From assembly GCA_030390025.1 (NCBI GenBank), contig CM059431.1:138448001-138512000 (forward strand): a DNA stretch of 64,000 nt, given 5' to 3'. The position numbers and the translations under genes were made by a program. Shown piece after piece: positions 32,801 through 47,800 of the stretch; within the stretch, counting starts at the first letter, position 1; each line of letters opens with the position of its first letter. The DNA is from Squalus acanthias (taxonomy: Eukaryota). Below the pieces are notes generated by a model, which saw only the letters and a list, made by a program, of their open reading frames with translations, had not been told where the DNA came from and did not search any database.

Positions 32801-35800
32801 GACCTCCTGCAGAGGAGACTGACTGAGACCTCCTCCAGAGGGGACTGACCGAGACCTCCTCCAGAGGAGACTGACCGAGACCTCCTCCAGAGGAGACTGA
32901 CCGAGACCTCCTCCAGAGACTGACCGAGATCTCCTCCAGAGGGGACTGACCGAGACCTCCTTCAGAGACTGACCGAGACCTCCTCCAGAGACTGACCGAT
33001 ACCTCCTCCAGAGACTGACCGAGACCTCCTCCAGAGGAGACTGACCGAGAACTCCTCCAGAGGAGACTGACCGAAACCTTCTCCAGAGGAGACTGACCGA
33101 GACCTCCTCCAGAGGAGACTGACCGAGGCCTCCTCCAGAGGCGACTGACCGAGACCTTCTCCAGAGACTGACCGAGACCTCCTCCAGAGACTTTCCGAGA
33201 CCTCCTCCAGAGGGGACTGACCGAGACCTCCTCCAGAGGAGACTGACCGAGAACTCCTCCAGAGGAGACTGACCGAGAACTCCTCCAGAGGGGACTGACC
33301 GAGACCTCCTCCAGAGGAGGCTGACCGAGACCTCCTCCAGAGGGGACTGAACGAGACCTCCTCCAGAGACTGACCGAGACCTCCTCCAGAGACTGACCGA
33401 GACCTCCTCTAGAGGAGACTGACCGAGAAATCCTCCAGAGGAGACTGACCGAGACCTCCTCCAGAGGAGACTGACAGACACCTTCTCCAGAGACTGACCG
33501 AGACATCCTCCAGAGCTGACCGAGACCTCCTCCAGAGGAGACTGACCGAGACCTCCTCCAGAGACTGACCGAGACCTCCTCCAGAGACTGACCGAGACCT
33601 CCTCCAGAGGAGACTGACCGAGACCTCCTCCAGAGACTGACCGAGACCTCCTCCAGAGACTGACCGAGACCTCCTCCAGAGGGGACTGACCGAGACCTCC
33701 TCCAGAGACTGACCGACACCTCCTCCAGAGGGGACTGACCGAGACCTCCTCCAGAGACTGACCGAGACCTCCACCAGAGGGCACTGACGGAGACCCCCTC
33801 CAGAGGGGACTGACCGAGACCTCCTGCAGAGGAGACTGACTGAGACCTCCTACAGAGGAGACTGACCCAGACCTCCTCCAGAGGGGACTGACCGAGACCT
33901 CCTCCAGAGGAGACTGACCGAGACCTCCTCCAGAGACTGACCGAGACCTCCTCCAGAGGAGGCTGACCGAGACCTCCTCCTGAGGAGACTGACCGAGACA
34001 TCCTCCAGAGACTGACCGAGACCTCCTCCAGAGGGGACTGACCGAGACCTCCTTCAGAGACTGACCGAGACCTCCTCCAGACACTGACCGATACCTCCTC
34101 CAGAGACTGACCGAGACCTCCTCCAGAGGAGACTGACCGAGACCTCCTCCAGAGGAGACTGACCGAGACCTCCTCCAGAGACTGACCGAGACCTCCTCCA
34201 GAGGAGACTGAACGAGAACTCCTCCAGAGGGGACTGACCGAGACCTCCTCCAGAGGGGACTGAACGAGATCTCCTCCAGAGACTGACCGAGACCTCCTCC
34301 AAAGACTGACCGAGACCTCCTCCAGAGGATACTGACCGAGACCTCCTCCAGAGGAGACTGACCGAGACCTTCTCCAGAGACTGACCGAGACCTCCTCCAG
34401 AGACTGACCGAGACCTCCTCCAGAGGGGACTGACCGAGACCTCCTCCAGAGGAGACTGACCGAGACCTCCTCCAGAGGAGACTGACTGAGACCTCCTCCA
34501 GAGGGGACTGACCGAGACGTCCTCCAGACGAGACTGACCGAGACCTCCTCCAGAGGCGACTGACCAAGACCTCCTCCAGAGACTGACTGAGACCTCCTCC
34601 AGAGGGGACTGACCGAGACCTTCTCCAGAGGAGACTGACCGAGACCTCCTCCAGAGGAGACTGACCGAGACCTTATCCAGAGACTGACCGAGACCTCCTC
34701 CAGAGACTGACCGAGACCTCCTCCAGAGGAGACTGACCGAGACCTTCTCCAGAGACTGACCGAGACCTCCTCCAGAGACTGACCGAGACCTCCTCCAGAG
34801 ACTGACCGAGACCTCCTCCAGAGCAGACTGACCGAGACCTCCTCCAGAGACTGTCCGAGACCTCCTCCAGAGGTGACTGACCGAGACCTCCTCCAGAGGG
34901 GACTGAACGAGACCTCCTCCAGAGGGGACTGAACGAGACCTCCTCCAGAGACTGACTGAGACCTCCTCCAGAGACTGACCGAGACCTCCTCCAGAGGAGA
35001 CTGACCGAGAAATCCTCCAGAGGAGACTGACCGAGACCTCCTCCAGAGACTGACCGAGACCTCCTCCAGAGGGGACTGACCGAGACCTCATTCAGAGACT
35101 GACCGAGACGTCCTCCAGAGACTGACAGATACCTCCTCCGGAGGAGACTGACCGAGACAACCTCGAGAGACTGACCGAGACCTCCTCCAGAGGAGACTGA
35201 CCGAGACCTCCTCCAGAGGAGACTGACCGAGACCTCCTCCAGAGGAGACTGACCGAGACCTTCTCCAGAGACTGACCGAGACCTCCTCCAGAGACTGACC
35301 GAGACCTCCTCCAGAGACTGACCGAGACCTCCTCCAGAGGAGACTGACCGAGACCTCCTCCAGAGGAGGCTGAACGAGACCTCCTCCAGAGACTGACCGA
35401 GACCTCCTCCAGAGACTGACCAATACCTCCTCCAGAGGAGACTGACCGAGACAACCTACAGAGACTGACCGAGACCTCCTCCAGAGGAGACTGACCGAGA
35501 CCTCCTCCAGAGGAGACTGACCGAGACCTCCTCCAGAGGAGACTGACAGAGACCTTCTCCAGAGACTGACCGAGACCTCCTCCAGAGACTGACCGAGACA
35601 TCCTCCAGAGGAGACTGACCGAGACCTCCTCCAGAGAGTGACCGAGACCTCCTCCAGAGACTGACCGAGACCTCCTCCAGAGGAGACTGACCGAGACCTC
35701 CTCCAGAGGAGACTGACCGAGACCTCCTCCAGAGACTGACCGAGACCTCCTCCAGAGGAGACTGAACGAGACCTCCTCCAGAGGGGACTGACCGAGACCT

Positions 35801-38800
35801 CCTCCAGAGGGAACTGAACGAGACCTCCTCCAGAGACTGACCGAGACCTCCTCCAAAGACTGACCGAGACCTCCTCCAGAGGAGACTGACCGAGACCTCC
35901 TCCAGAGGAGACTGACCGAGACCTTCTCCAGAGACTGACCGAGACCTCCTCCAGAGACTGACCGAGACCTCCTCCAGAGGGGACTGACCGAGACCTCCTC
36001 CAGAGACTGACCGAGACCTCCTCCAGAGGAGACTGACCGAGACCTCCTCCAGAGGAGACTGACCGAGACCTCCTCCAGAGGAGACTGACCGAGACCTCCT
36101 CCAGAGGAGACTGACCGAGACCTTCTCCAGAGACTGACCGAGACCTCCTCCAGAGACTTTCCGAGACCTCCTCCAGAGGGGACTGACCTAGACCTCCTCC
36201 AGAGGAGACTGACCGAGACCTCCTCCAGAGGAGACTGACCGAGACCTCCTCCAGAGGAGACTGACCGAGACCTCCTCCAGAGGAGGCTGAACGAGACCTC
36301 CTCCAGAGACTGACCGAGACCTCCTCCAGAGGAGACTGACCGAGACCTCCTCCAGAGGAGACTGACCGAGACCTCCTCCAGAGACTGACCGAGACCTCCT
36401 CCAGAGGAGACTGAACGAGACCTCCTCCAGAGGGGACTGACCGAGACCTCCTCCAGAGGGGACTGAACGAGATCTCCTCCAGAGACTGACCGAGACCTCC
36501 TCCAAAGACTGACCGAGACCTCCTCCAGAGGAGACTGACCGAGACCTCCTCCAGAGGAGACTGACCGAGACCTTCTCCAGAGACTGACCGAGACCTCCTC
36601 CAGAGACTGACCGAGACCTCCTCCAGAGGGGACTGACCGAGACCTCCTCCAGAGGAGACTGACCGAGACCTCCTCCAGAGGAGACTGACTGAGACCTCCT
36701 CCAGAGGGGACTGACCGAGACGTCCTCCAGACGAGACTGACCGAGACCTCCTCCAGAGGCGACTGACCAAGACCTCCTCCAGAGACTGACTGAGACCTCC
36801 TCCAGAGGGGACTGACCGAGACCTTCTCCAGAGGAGACTGACCGAGACCTCCTCCAGAGGAGACTGACCGAGACCTTATCCAGAGACTGACCGAGACCTC
36901 CTCCAGAGACTGACCGAGACCTCCTCCAGAGGAGACTGACCGAGACCTTCTCCAGAGACTGACCGAGACCTCCTCCAGAGACTGACCGAGACCTCCTCCA
37001 GAGACTGACCGAGACCTCCTCCAGAGGAGACTGACCGAGACCTCCTCCAGAGACTGTCCGAGACCTCCTCCAGAGTGACTGACCGAGACCTCCTCCAGAG
37101 GGGACTGAACGAGACCTCCTCCAGAGGGGACTGAAAGAGACCTCCTCCAGAGACTGACTGAGACCTCCTCCAGAGACTGACCGAGACCTCCTCCAGAGGA
37201 GACTGCCCGAGAAATCCTCCAGAGGAGACTGACCGAGACCTCCTCCAGAGACTGACCGAGACCTCCTCCAGAGGGGACTGACCGAGACCTCATTCAGAGA
37301 CTGACCGAGACGTCCTCCAGAGACTGACAGATACCTCCTCCAGAGGAGACTGACCGAGACAACCTCGAGAGACTGACCGAGACCTCCTCCAGAGGAGACT
37401 GACCGAGACCTTCTCCAGAGACTGACCGAGACCTCCTCCAGAGACTGACCGAGACCTCCTCCAGAGACTGACCGAGACCTCCTCCAGAGGAGACTGACCG
37501 AGACCTCCTCCAGAGGAGACTGACCGAGACCTCCTCCAGAGGGGAATGACCGAGAACTCCTCCCGAGACTTACCCAGACCTCCTCCAGAGGAGACTGACT
37601 GAGACCTCCTCCAGAGGGGACTGACCGAGACATCCTCCAGAGACTGACCGAGACCTCCTCCAGAGACTGACCCAGACATCCTCCAGAGGAGACTGACCGA
37701 GACCTCCTCCAGAGACTGACCGAGACCTCCTCCAGAGGGGACTGACCGAGACCTCCTCCAGAGACTGACCGAGACCTCCCCCAGAGGGCACTGACCGAGA
37801 CCTCCTCCAGAGGGGACTGACCGATAACCTCCTCCAGAGGGGACTGACTGAGACCTCCTCCAGAGGGGACTGACCGAGACCTCCTCCAGAGGAGACTGAC
37901 CGAGACCTCCTCCAGAGGAGACTGACCGAGACCTCCTCCAGAGGAGACTGACCGAGACCTCCTCCAGAGGAGACTGACCGAGACCTCCTCCAGAGGAGAC
38001 TGACCGAGACCTCCTCCAGAGGAGACTGACCGAGACCTTCTCCAGAGACTGACCGAGACCTCCTCCAGAGACTGACCGAGACCTCCTCCAGAGGGGACTG
38101 ACCGAGACCTCCTCCAGAGGAGACTGACCGAGACCTCCTCCAGAGGAGACTGACCGAGACCTCCTCCAGAGGAGACTGACTGAGACCTCCTCCAGAGGGG
38201 ACTGACCGAGACGTCCTCCAGACGAGACTGACCGAGACCTCCTCCAGAGGCGACTGACCAAGACCTCCTCCAGAGACTGACTGAGACCTCCTCCAGAGGG
38301 GACTGACCGAGACCTTCTCCAGAGGAGACTGACCGAGACCTCCTCCAGAGGAGACTGACCGAGACCTTATCCAGAGACTGACCGAGACCTCCTCCAGAGA
38401 CTGACCGAGACCTCCTCCAGAGGTGACTGACCGAGACCTTATCCAGAGACTGACCGAGACCTCCTCCAGAGACTGACCGAGACCTCCTCCAGAGACTGAC
38501 CGAGACCTCCTCCAGAGGAGACTGACCGAGACCTCCTCCAGAGACTTTCCGAGACCTCCTCCAGAGGTGACTGACCGAGACCTCCTCCAGAGACTGACCG
38601 AGACCTCCTCCAGAGGGGACTGACCGAGACCTCATTCAGAGACTGACCGAGACATCCTCCAGAGACTGACAGATACCTCCTCCAGAGGAGACTGACCGAG
38701 ACAACCTCGAGAGACTGACCGAGACCTCCTCCAGAGGAGACTGACCGAGACCTCCTCCAGAGGAGACTGACCGAGACCTCCTCCAGAGGAGACTGACCGA

Positions 38801-41800
38801 GACCTCCTCCAGAGGAGACTGACCGAGACCTCCTCCAGAGACTGACCGAGACCTCCTCCAGAGACTGACCGAGACCTCCTCCAGAGGAGACTGAACGAGA
38901 CCTCCTCCAGAGGGGACTGACCGAGACCTCCTCCAGAGGGAACTGAACGAGACCTCCTCCAGAGACTGACCGAGACCTCCTCCAAAGACTGACCGAGACC
39001 TCCTCCAGAGGAGACTGACCAAGACCTCCTCCAGAGGAGACTGACCGAGGACCTTCTCCAGAGACTGACCGAGACCTCCTCCAGAGACTGACCGAGACCT
39101 CCTCCAGAGGGACTGACCGAGACCTCCTCCAGAGACTGACCGAGACCCTCCTCCAGAGGAGACTGACCGAGACCTCCTCCAGAGTGAGACTGACCGAGAC
39201 CTCCTCCAGAGGAGACTGACCGAGACCTCCTCCAGAGGAGACTGACCGAGACCTTCTCCAGAGACTGACCGAGACCTCCTCCAGAGACTTTCCGAGACCT
39301 CCTCCAGAGGGGACTGACCTAGACCTCCTCCAGAGGAGACTGACCGAGACCTCCTCCAGAGGAGGCTGAACGAGACCTACTCCAGAGACTGACCGAGACC
39401 TCCTCCAGAGACTGACCAATACCTCCTCCAGAGGAGACTGACCGAGACAACCTACAGAGACTGACCGAGACCTCCTCCAGAGGAGACTGACCGAGACCTC
39501 CTCCAGAGGAGACTGACAGAGACCTTCTCCAGAGACTGACCGAGACCTCCTCCAGAGACTGACCGAGACATCCTCCAGAGGAGACTGACCGAAACCTCCT
39601 CCAGAGACTGACCGAGACCTCCTCCAGAGACTGACCGAGACCTCCTCCAGAGACTGACCGAGACCTCCTCCAGAGGGGACTGACCGAGACCTCCTTCAGA
39701 GACTGACCGAGACCTCCTCCAGAGACTGACCGAGATCTCCTCCAGAAACTGACCGAGACCTCCTCCAGATGAGACTGACCGAGACCTCCTCCAGAGGAGA
39801 CTGACCGAGACCTCCTCCAGAGGAGACGGACCGAGACCTCCTCCAGAGGAGACTGACCGAGACCTCCTCCAGAGACTGACCGAGACCTCCACAGAGGAGG
39901 CTGACCGAGACATCCTCCAGAGGAGACTGACCGAGACCTCCTTCAGAGACTGACCGAGACCTCCTCCAGAGACTGACCGATACCTCCTCCAGAGGAGACT
40001 GACCGAGACAACCTCCAGAGACTGACCGAGACCTCCTCAGAGGAGACTGACCGAGACCTCCTCCAGAGGAGACTGACCGAGACCTCCTCCAGAGGAGACT
40101 GACCGAGACCTCCTCCAGAGGAGACTGACCGAAACCTTCTCCAGAGACTGACCGAAACTTTCTCCAGAGACTGACCGAGACCTCCTCCAGAGACTGACCG
40201 AGACCTCCTCCAGAGGAGACTGACCGAGATCTCCTCCAGAGGGGGACTGACCGAACCTCCTTCAGAGACTGAACGAGACCTCCTCCAGAGACTGACCGAT
40301 ACCTCCTCCAGAGGGAACTGACCGAGACAACCTCCAGAGACTGACCGAGACCTCCTCCACAGGAGACTGACCGAGACCTCCTCCAGAGGAGACTGACCGA
40401 GACCTCCTCCAGAGGAGACTGACCGAGGACCTTCTCCAGAGACTGACCGAGACCTCCTCCAGAGACTGACCGAGACCTCCACCAGAGGGGGACTGACCGA
40501 GACCTCCTGCAGAGGAGACTGACCGAGACCTTCTCGAGAGACTGACCGAGACCTCCTCCAGAGACTGACCGAGACCTCCTCCAGAGGAGACTGACCGAGA
40601 CCTCCTCCAGACGAGAGTGGCCAGACCTCCGCCAGTGACTGACTGAGACCTGCTCCAGAGGAGCTTGACCGAGACCTCCTCCAGAGGTGACTGACCGAGA
40701 CCTCCTCCAGAGTGACTGACCGAGACCTCCTCCAGACGAGAGTGACCGAGACCTTCCTCCAGAGACTGACCGAGACCTCCTCCAGAGACTGACCGAGACC
40801 TCCTCCAGAGGAGACTGACCGAGAAATCTTCCAGAGGAGACTGACCGAGACCTCCTCCAAGGACTGACCGAGACCTCCTCCAGAGGGGACTGACCGAGAG
40901 ACCTCCTTCAGAGACTGACCGAGACATCCTCCAGAGACTGACCGATACCTTCCTCCAGAGGAGACAGACCGAGACAACCTCCAGAGACTGACCGAGACCT
41001 CCTCCAGAGGAGACTGACCGAGACCTCCTCCAGAGGAGACTGACCGAGACCTCCTCCAAGGAGACTGACCGAGGGACCTCCTCCAGAGGAGACTGACAGA
41101 GAACTTCTCCAGAGACTGACCGAGACTCCTCCAGAGACTGACCGAGACCTCCTCCAGAGGGCGACTGACCGAGACCTCCTCCAGAGACTGACCGAGAACC
41201 TCCTCCAGAGGAGACCTGACCGAGACCTCCTCCAGAGGAGACTGACCGAGACCTCCTCCAGAGAGACTGACCGAGACCTCCTCCAGAGGAGACTGACCGA
41301 GACCTCCTCCAGAGCAGACTGACCGAGACCTCCTCCAGAGGAGACTGACCGAGACCACCTCCAGAGGAGACTGGACCGAGACCTCCTCCAGAGGAGACTG
41401 ACCGAGACCATCCTTCCAGAGGAGACTGACCGAGACCTCCTCCAGAGACTGACTGAGACCTCCTCCAGAGGGGACTGACCGAGACCTCCTCCAGAGACTT
41501 ACTCAGACCTCCTCCAGAGGAGACTGACTGAGACCTCCTCCAGAGGGGACTGACCAAGACCTCCTCCTCCAGAGACTGACCGAGACCTCCTCCAGAGACT
41601 GACCCAGACATCCACCAGAGGGGGACTGACCGAGACCTCCTCCAGAGACTGACCGAGACCTCCTCCAGAGGGGACTGACCGAGAACATCCTCCCAGAGAC
41701 GAGACCGAGACCTCCCCCAGAGGGCACTGACCGAGACCTCCTCCAAGGGAACTGACCGAGACCTCCTGCAGAGGAGACTGACTGAGACCTCCTCCAGAGG

Positions 41801-44800
41801 GGACTGACCGAGACCTCCTCCAAGGAGACTGACCGAGACCTCCTCCAGTAGAGACTGACCGAGACCTCCTCCAGAGACTGACCCGAGATCTCCTCCAGAG
41901 GGGACTGACCGAGACCTCCTTCAGAGACTGACCGAGACCTCCTCCAGAGACTGACCGAGACCTCCTCCAGAGACTGACCGATACCTCCTCCAGAGGAGAC
42001 TGACCGAGACAACCTCCAGAGACTGACCGAAACCTTCTCCAGGAGACTGACCGAGACCTCCTCCAGAGGAGACTGACGAGGCCTCCTCCAGAGGCGACTG
42101 ACCGAGACCTTCTCCAGAGACTGACCGAGACCTCCTCCAGAGACTTTTCCGAGACCTCCTCCAGAGGGGAATGACCGAGACCTCCTCCAGAGGAGACTGA
42201 CCGAGAACTCCTCCAGAGGAGACTGACCGAGACCTCCTCCAGAGGGGACTGACCGAGACCTCCTCCAGAGGAGACTGACCGAGACCTCCTCCAGACGAGA
42301 GTGACCGAGACCTCCTCCAGTGACTGACTGAGACCTGCTCCAGAGGAGTCTGACCGAGACCTCCTCCAGAGGTGACTGACCGAGACCTCCTCCAGAGGAG
42401 ACTGACCGAGACCTCCTCCAGACGAGAGTGACCGAGACCCTCCTCAGAGACTGACCGAGACCTCCTCCAGAGACTGACCGAGACCTCCTCAGAGGGAGAC
42501 TGACCGAGAAATCTTCCAGAGGAGACTGACCGAGACCTCCTCCAGAGACTGACCGAGACCTCCTCCAGAGGGGACTGACCGAGACCTCCTTCAGAGACTG
42601 ACCGAGACAACCTCCAGAGACTGACCGATACCTACTCCAGAGGAACTGACCGAGACAACCTCCAGAGACTGACCGAGACCTCCTCCAGAGGAGACTGACC
42701 GAGACCACCTCCAGTGGAGACTGACCGAGACCTCCTCCAGAGGAGACTGACCGAGACCTCCTCAGAGGAGACTGACAGAGACCTTCTTCCAGAGACTGAC
42801 CGAGACCTCCTCCAGAGACCTGACCGAGACCTCCTCCAGAGGCGACTGACCGAGACCTCCTCCAGAGACTGACCGAGACCTCCTCCAGAGGAGACTGATC
42901 CGAGACCTCCTCCAGAGGAGACTGACCGAGACCTCCTCCAGAGGAGACGACCGAGACCTCCTCCAGAGGAGACTGACCGAGGACCTCCTCCAGAGGAGAC
43001 TGACCGAGACCTCCTCCAGAGGGGAGACTGACCGAGACCTCTCCGAAGGAGACTGACCGAGACCTCCTCAAGAGACTGAGACCGAGACCTCCTCCAGAGG
43101 AGACTGACCGAGACCTCCTCCAAGGAGACTGACCGAGACCTCCTCCACAGGAGACTGACCGAGACCTCCTCCAGAGACTGACTGAGACCTCCCCTCCAGA
43201 GGGAACTGACCGAGACCTCCTCCAGAGACTTACTCAGACCTCCTCCAGAGAGACTGACTGAGACCTCCTCCAGAGGGGACTGACCGAGACCTCCTCCAGA
43301 GGACGGACCCAGACATCCACCAGAGGGGACTGACCGAACCTCCTCCAGAGACTGACCGAGACCTCCTCCAGAGGGGACTGACCGAGACCTCCTCCAGAGA
43401 CTGACCGAGACCTCCTCCAGAGGGACTGACCGAGACCTCCTCCAGAGGGACTGACCGAGACCTCCTCCAGAGGAGACTGACCGAGACCTCCTCCAGAGGG
43501 GACTGACCGAGACCTCCTCCAGAGGAGACTGACCGAGACCTCCTCCAGAGGAGACTGACCGAGACCTCCTCCAGAGACTGACCGAGACCTCCTCCAGAGG
43601 GGACTGACCGAGACCTCCTCCAGAGACTGACCGAGACCTCCTCCAGAGACTGACCGAGACCTCCTCCAGAGACTGACCGAGACCTCCTCCAGAGGAGACT
43701 GACCGAGACCTCCTCCAGAGGAGACTGACCGAGACCTCCTCCAGAGGAGACTGACCGAGACCTCCTCCAGAGGAGACTGACCGAGACCTCCTCCAGAGAC
43801 TGACCGAGACCTCCTCCAGAGACTGACCGAGACCTCCTCCAGAGACTGACCGAGACCTCCTCCAGAGGGACTGACCGAGACCTCCTCCAGAGGAGACTGA
43901 CCGAGACCTCCTCCAGAGGAGACTGACCGAGACCTCCTCCAGAGGGGACTGACCGAGACCTCCTCCAGAGGACTGACCGAGACCTCCTCCAGAGGGGACT
44001 GACCGAGACCTCCTCCAGAGACTGACCGAGACCTCCTCCAGAGACTGACCGAGACCTCCTCCAGAGGAGACTGACCGAGACCTCCTCCAGAGGAGACTGA
44101 CCGAGACCTCCTCCAGAGGAGACTGACAGAGACCTCTCCAGAGACTGACCGAGACCTCCTCCAGAGACTGACCGAGACCTCCTCCAGAGGAGACTGACCG
44201 AGACCTCCTCCAGAGACTGACCGAGACCTCCTCCAGAGACTGACCGAGACCTCCTCCAGAGGAGACTGACCGAGACCTCCTCCAGAGACTGACCGAGACC
44301 TCCTCCAGAGACTGACCGAGACCTCCTCCAGAGGGACTGACCGAGACCTCCTCCAGAGACTGACCGAGACCTCCTCCAGAGGGGACTGACCGAGACCTCC
44401 TCCAGAGACTGACCGAGACCTCCTCCAGAGGGACTGACCGAGACCTCCTCCAGAGGGGACTGACCGAGACCTCCTCCAGAGGAGACTGACCGAGACCTCC
44501 TCCAGAGGAGACTGACCGAGACCTCCTCCAGAGGGGACTGACCGAGACCTCCTCCAGAGGAGACTGACCGAGACCTCCTCCAGAGACTGACCGAGACCTC
44601 CTCCAGAGGAGACTGACCGAGACCTCCTCCAGAGGAGACTGACCGAGACCTCCTCCAGAGACTGACCGAGACCTCCTCCAGAGGGGACTGACCGAGACCT
44701 CCTCCAGAGACTGACCGAGACCTCCTCCAGAGACTGACCGAGACCTCCTCCAGAGACTGACCGAGACCTCCTCCAGAGGAGACTGACCGAGACCTCCTCC

Positions 44801-47800
44801 AGAGGAGACTGACCGAGACCTCCTCCAGAGACTGACCGAGACCTCCTCCAGAGGAGACTGACCGAGACCTCCTCCAGAGGGGACTGACCGAGACCTCCTC
44901 CAGAGGGACTGACCGAGACCTCCTCCAGAGACTGACCGAGACCTCCTCCAGAGACTGACCGAGACCTCCTCCAGAGGAGACTGACCGAGACCTCCTCCAG
45001 AGGAGACTGACCGAGACCTCCTCCAGAGACTGACCGAGACCTCCTCCAGAGACTGACCGAGACCTCCTCCAGAGGGGACTGACCGAGACCTCCTCCAGAG
45101 GAGACTGACCGAGACCTCCTCCAGAGGAGACTGACCGAGACCTCCTCCAGAGGGGACTGACCGAGACCTCCTCCAGAGAGACTGACCGAGACCTCCTCCA
45201 GAGGAGACTGACCGAGACCTCCTCCAGAGACTGACCGAGACCTCCTCCAGAGGGGACTGACCGAGACCTCCTCCAGAGGAGACTGACCGAGACCTCCTCC
45301 AGAGGAGACTGACCGAGACCTCCTCCAGAGACTGACCGAGACCTCCTCCAGAGACTGACCGAGACCTCCTCCAGAGGAGACTGACCGAGACCTCCTCCAG
45401 AGACTGACCGAGACCTCCTCCAGAGACTGACCGAGACCTCCTCCAGAGACTGACCGAGACCTCCTCCAGAGGAGACTGACCGAGACCTCCTCCAGAGACT
45501 GACCGAGACCTCCTCCAGAGGAGACTGACCGAGACCTCCTCCAGAGGGGACTGACCGAGACCTCCTCCAGAGGGGACTGACCGAGACCTCCTCCAGAGAC
45601 TGACCGAGACCTCCTCCAGAGACTGACCGAGACCTCCTCCAGAGGAGACTGACCGAGACCTCCTCCAGAGGAGACTGACCGAGACCTCCTCCAGAGACTG
45701 ACCGAGACCTCCTCCAGAGGGGACTGACCGAGACCTCCTCCAGAGACTGACCGAGACCTCCTCCAGAGACTGACCGAGACCTCCTCCAGAGGAGACTGAC
45801 CGAGACCTCCTCCAGAGACTGACCGAGACCTCCTCCAGAGGAGACTGACCGAGACCTCCTCCAGAGGAGACTGACCGAGACCTCCTCCAGAGGAGACTGA
45901 CCGAGACCTCCTCCAGAGACTGACCGAGACCTCCTCCAGAGACTGACCGAGACCTCCTCCAGAGACTGACCGAGACCTCCTCCAGAGGAGACTGACCGAG
46001 ACCTCCTCCAGAGGAGACTGACCGAGACCTCCTCCAGAGACTGACCGAGACCTCCTCCAGAGACTGACCGAGACCTCCTCCAGAGGAGACTGACCGAGAC
46101 CTCCTCCAGAGACTGACCGAGACCTCCTCCAGAGGAGACTGACCGAGACCTCCTCCAGAGGAGACTGACCGAGACCTCCTCCAGAGGAGACTGACCGAGA
46201 CCTCCTCCAGAGACTGACCGAGACCTCCTCCAGAGACTGACCGAGACCTCCTCCAGAGGAGACTGACCGAGACCTCCTCCAGAGACTGACCGAGACCTCC
46301 TCCAGAGACTGACCGAGACCTCCTCCAGAGGAGACTGACCGAGACCTCCTCCAGAGGAGACTGACCGAGACCTCCTCCAGAGACTGACCGAGACCTCCTC
46401 CAGAGGAGACTGACCGAGACCTCCTCCAGAGGGGACTGACCGAGACCTCCTCCAGAGGGAACTGACCGAGACCTCCTCCAGAGACTGACCGAGACCTCCT
46501 CCAGAGACTGACCGAGACCTCCTCCAGAGGAGACTGACCGAGACCTCCTCCAGAGGAGACTGACCGAGACCTCCTCCAGAGACTGACCGAGACCTCCTCC
46601 AGAGACTGACCGAGACCTCCTCCAGAGGGGACTGACCGAGACCTCCTCCAGAGACTGACCGAGACCTCCTCCAGAGGAGACTGACCGAGACCTCCTCCAG
46701 AGGAGACTGACCGAGACCTCCTCCAGAGGAGACTGACCGAGACCTCCTCCAGAGGAGACTGACCGAGACCTCCTCCAGAGACTGACCGAGACCTCCTCCA
46801 GAGACTGACCGAGACCTCCTCCAGAGGGGACTGACCGAGACCTCCTCCAGAGGAGACTGACCGAGACCTCCTCCAGAGGAGACTGACCGAGACCTCCTCC
46901 AGAGGAGACTGACCGAGACCTCCTCCAGAGGAGACTGACCGAGACCTCCTCCAGAGACTGACCGAGACCTCCTCCAGAGGAGACTGACCGAGACCTCCTC
47001 CAGAGGAGACTGACCGAGACCTCCTCCAGAGACTGACCGAGACCTCCTCCAGAGGAGACTGACCGAGACCTCCTCCAGAGGGGACTGACCGAGACCTCCT
47101 CCAGAGGGGACTGACCGAGACCTCCTCCAGAGACTGACCGAGACCTCCTCCAGAGACTGACCGAGACCTCCTCCAGAGGAGACTGACCGAGACCTCCTCC
47201 AGAGGAGACTGACCGAGACCTCCTCCAGAGACTGACCGAGACCTCCTCCAGAGACTGACCGAGACCTCCTCCAGAGGGGACTGACCGAGACCTCCTCCAG
47301 AGGAGACTGACCGAGACCTCCTCCAGAGGAGACTGACCGAGACCTCCTCCAGAGGGGACTGACCGAGACCTCCTCCAGAGGAGACTGACCGAGACCTCCT
47401 CCAGAGGAGACTGACCGAGACCTCCTCCAGAGACTGACCGAGACCTCCTCCAGAGGGGACTGACCGAGACCTCCTCCAGAGGAGACTGACCGAGACCTCC
47501 TCCAGAGGAGACTGACCGAGACCTCCTCCAGAGACTGACCGAGACCTCCTCCAGAGACTGACCGAGACCTCCTCCAGAGGAGACTGACCGAGACCTCCTC
47601 CAGAGACTGACCGAGACCTCCTCCAGAGACTGACCGAGACCTCCTCCAGAGACTGACCGAGACCTCCTCCAGAGGAGACTGACCGAGACCTCCTCCAGAG
47701 ACTGACCGAGACCTCCTCCAGAGGAGACTGAGCGAGACCTCCTCCAGAGGGGACTGACCGAGACCTCCTCCAGAGGGGACTGACCGAGACCTCCTCCAGA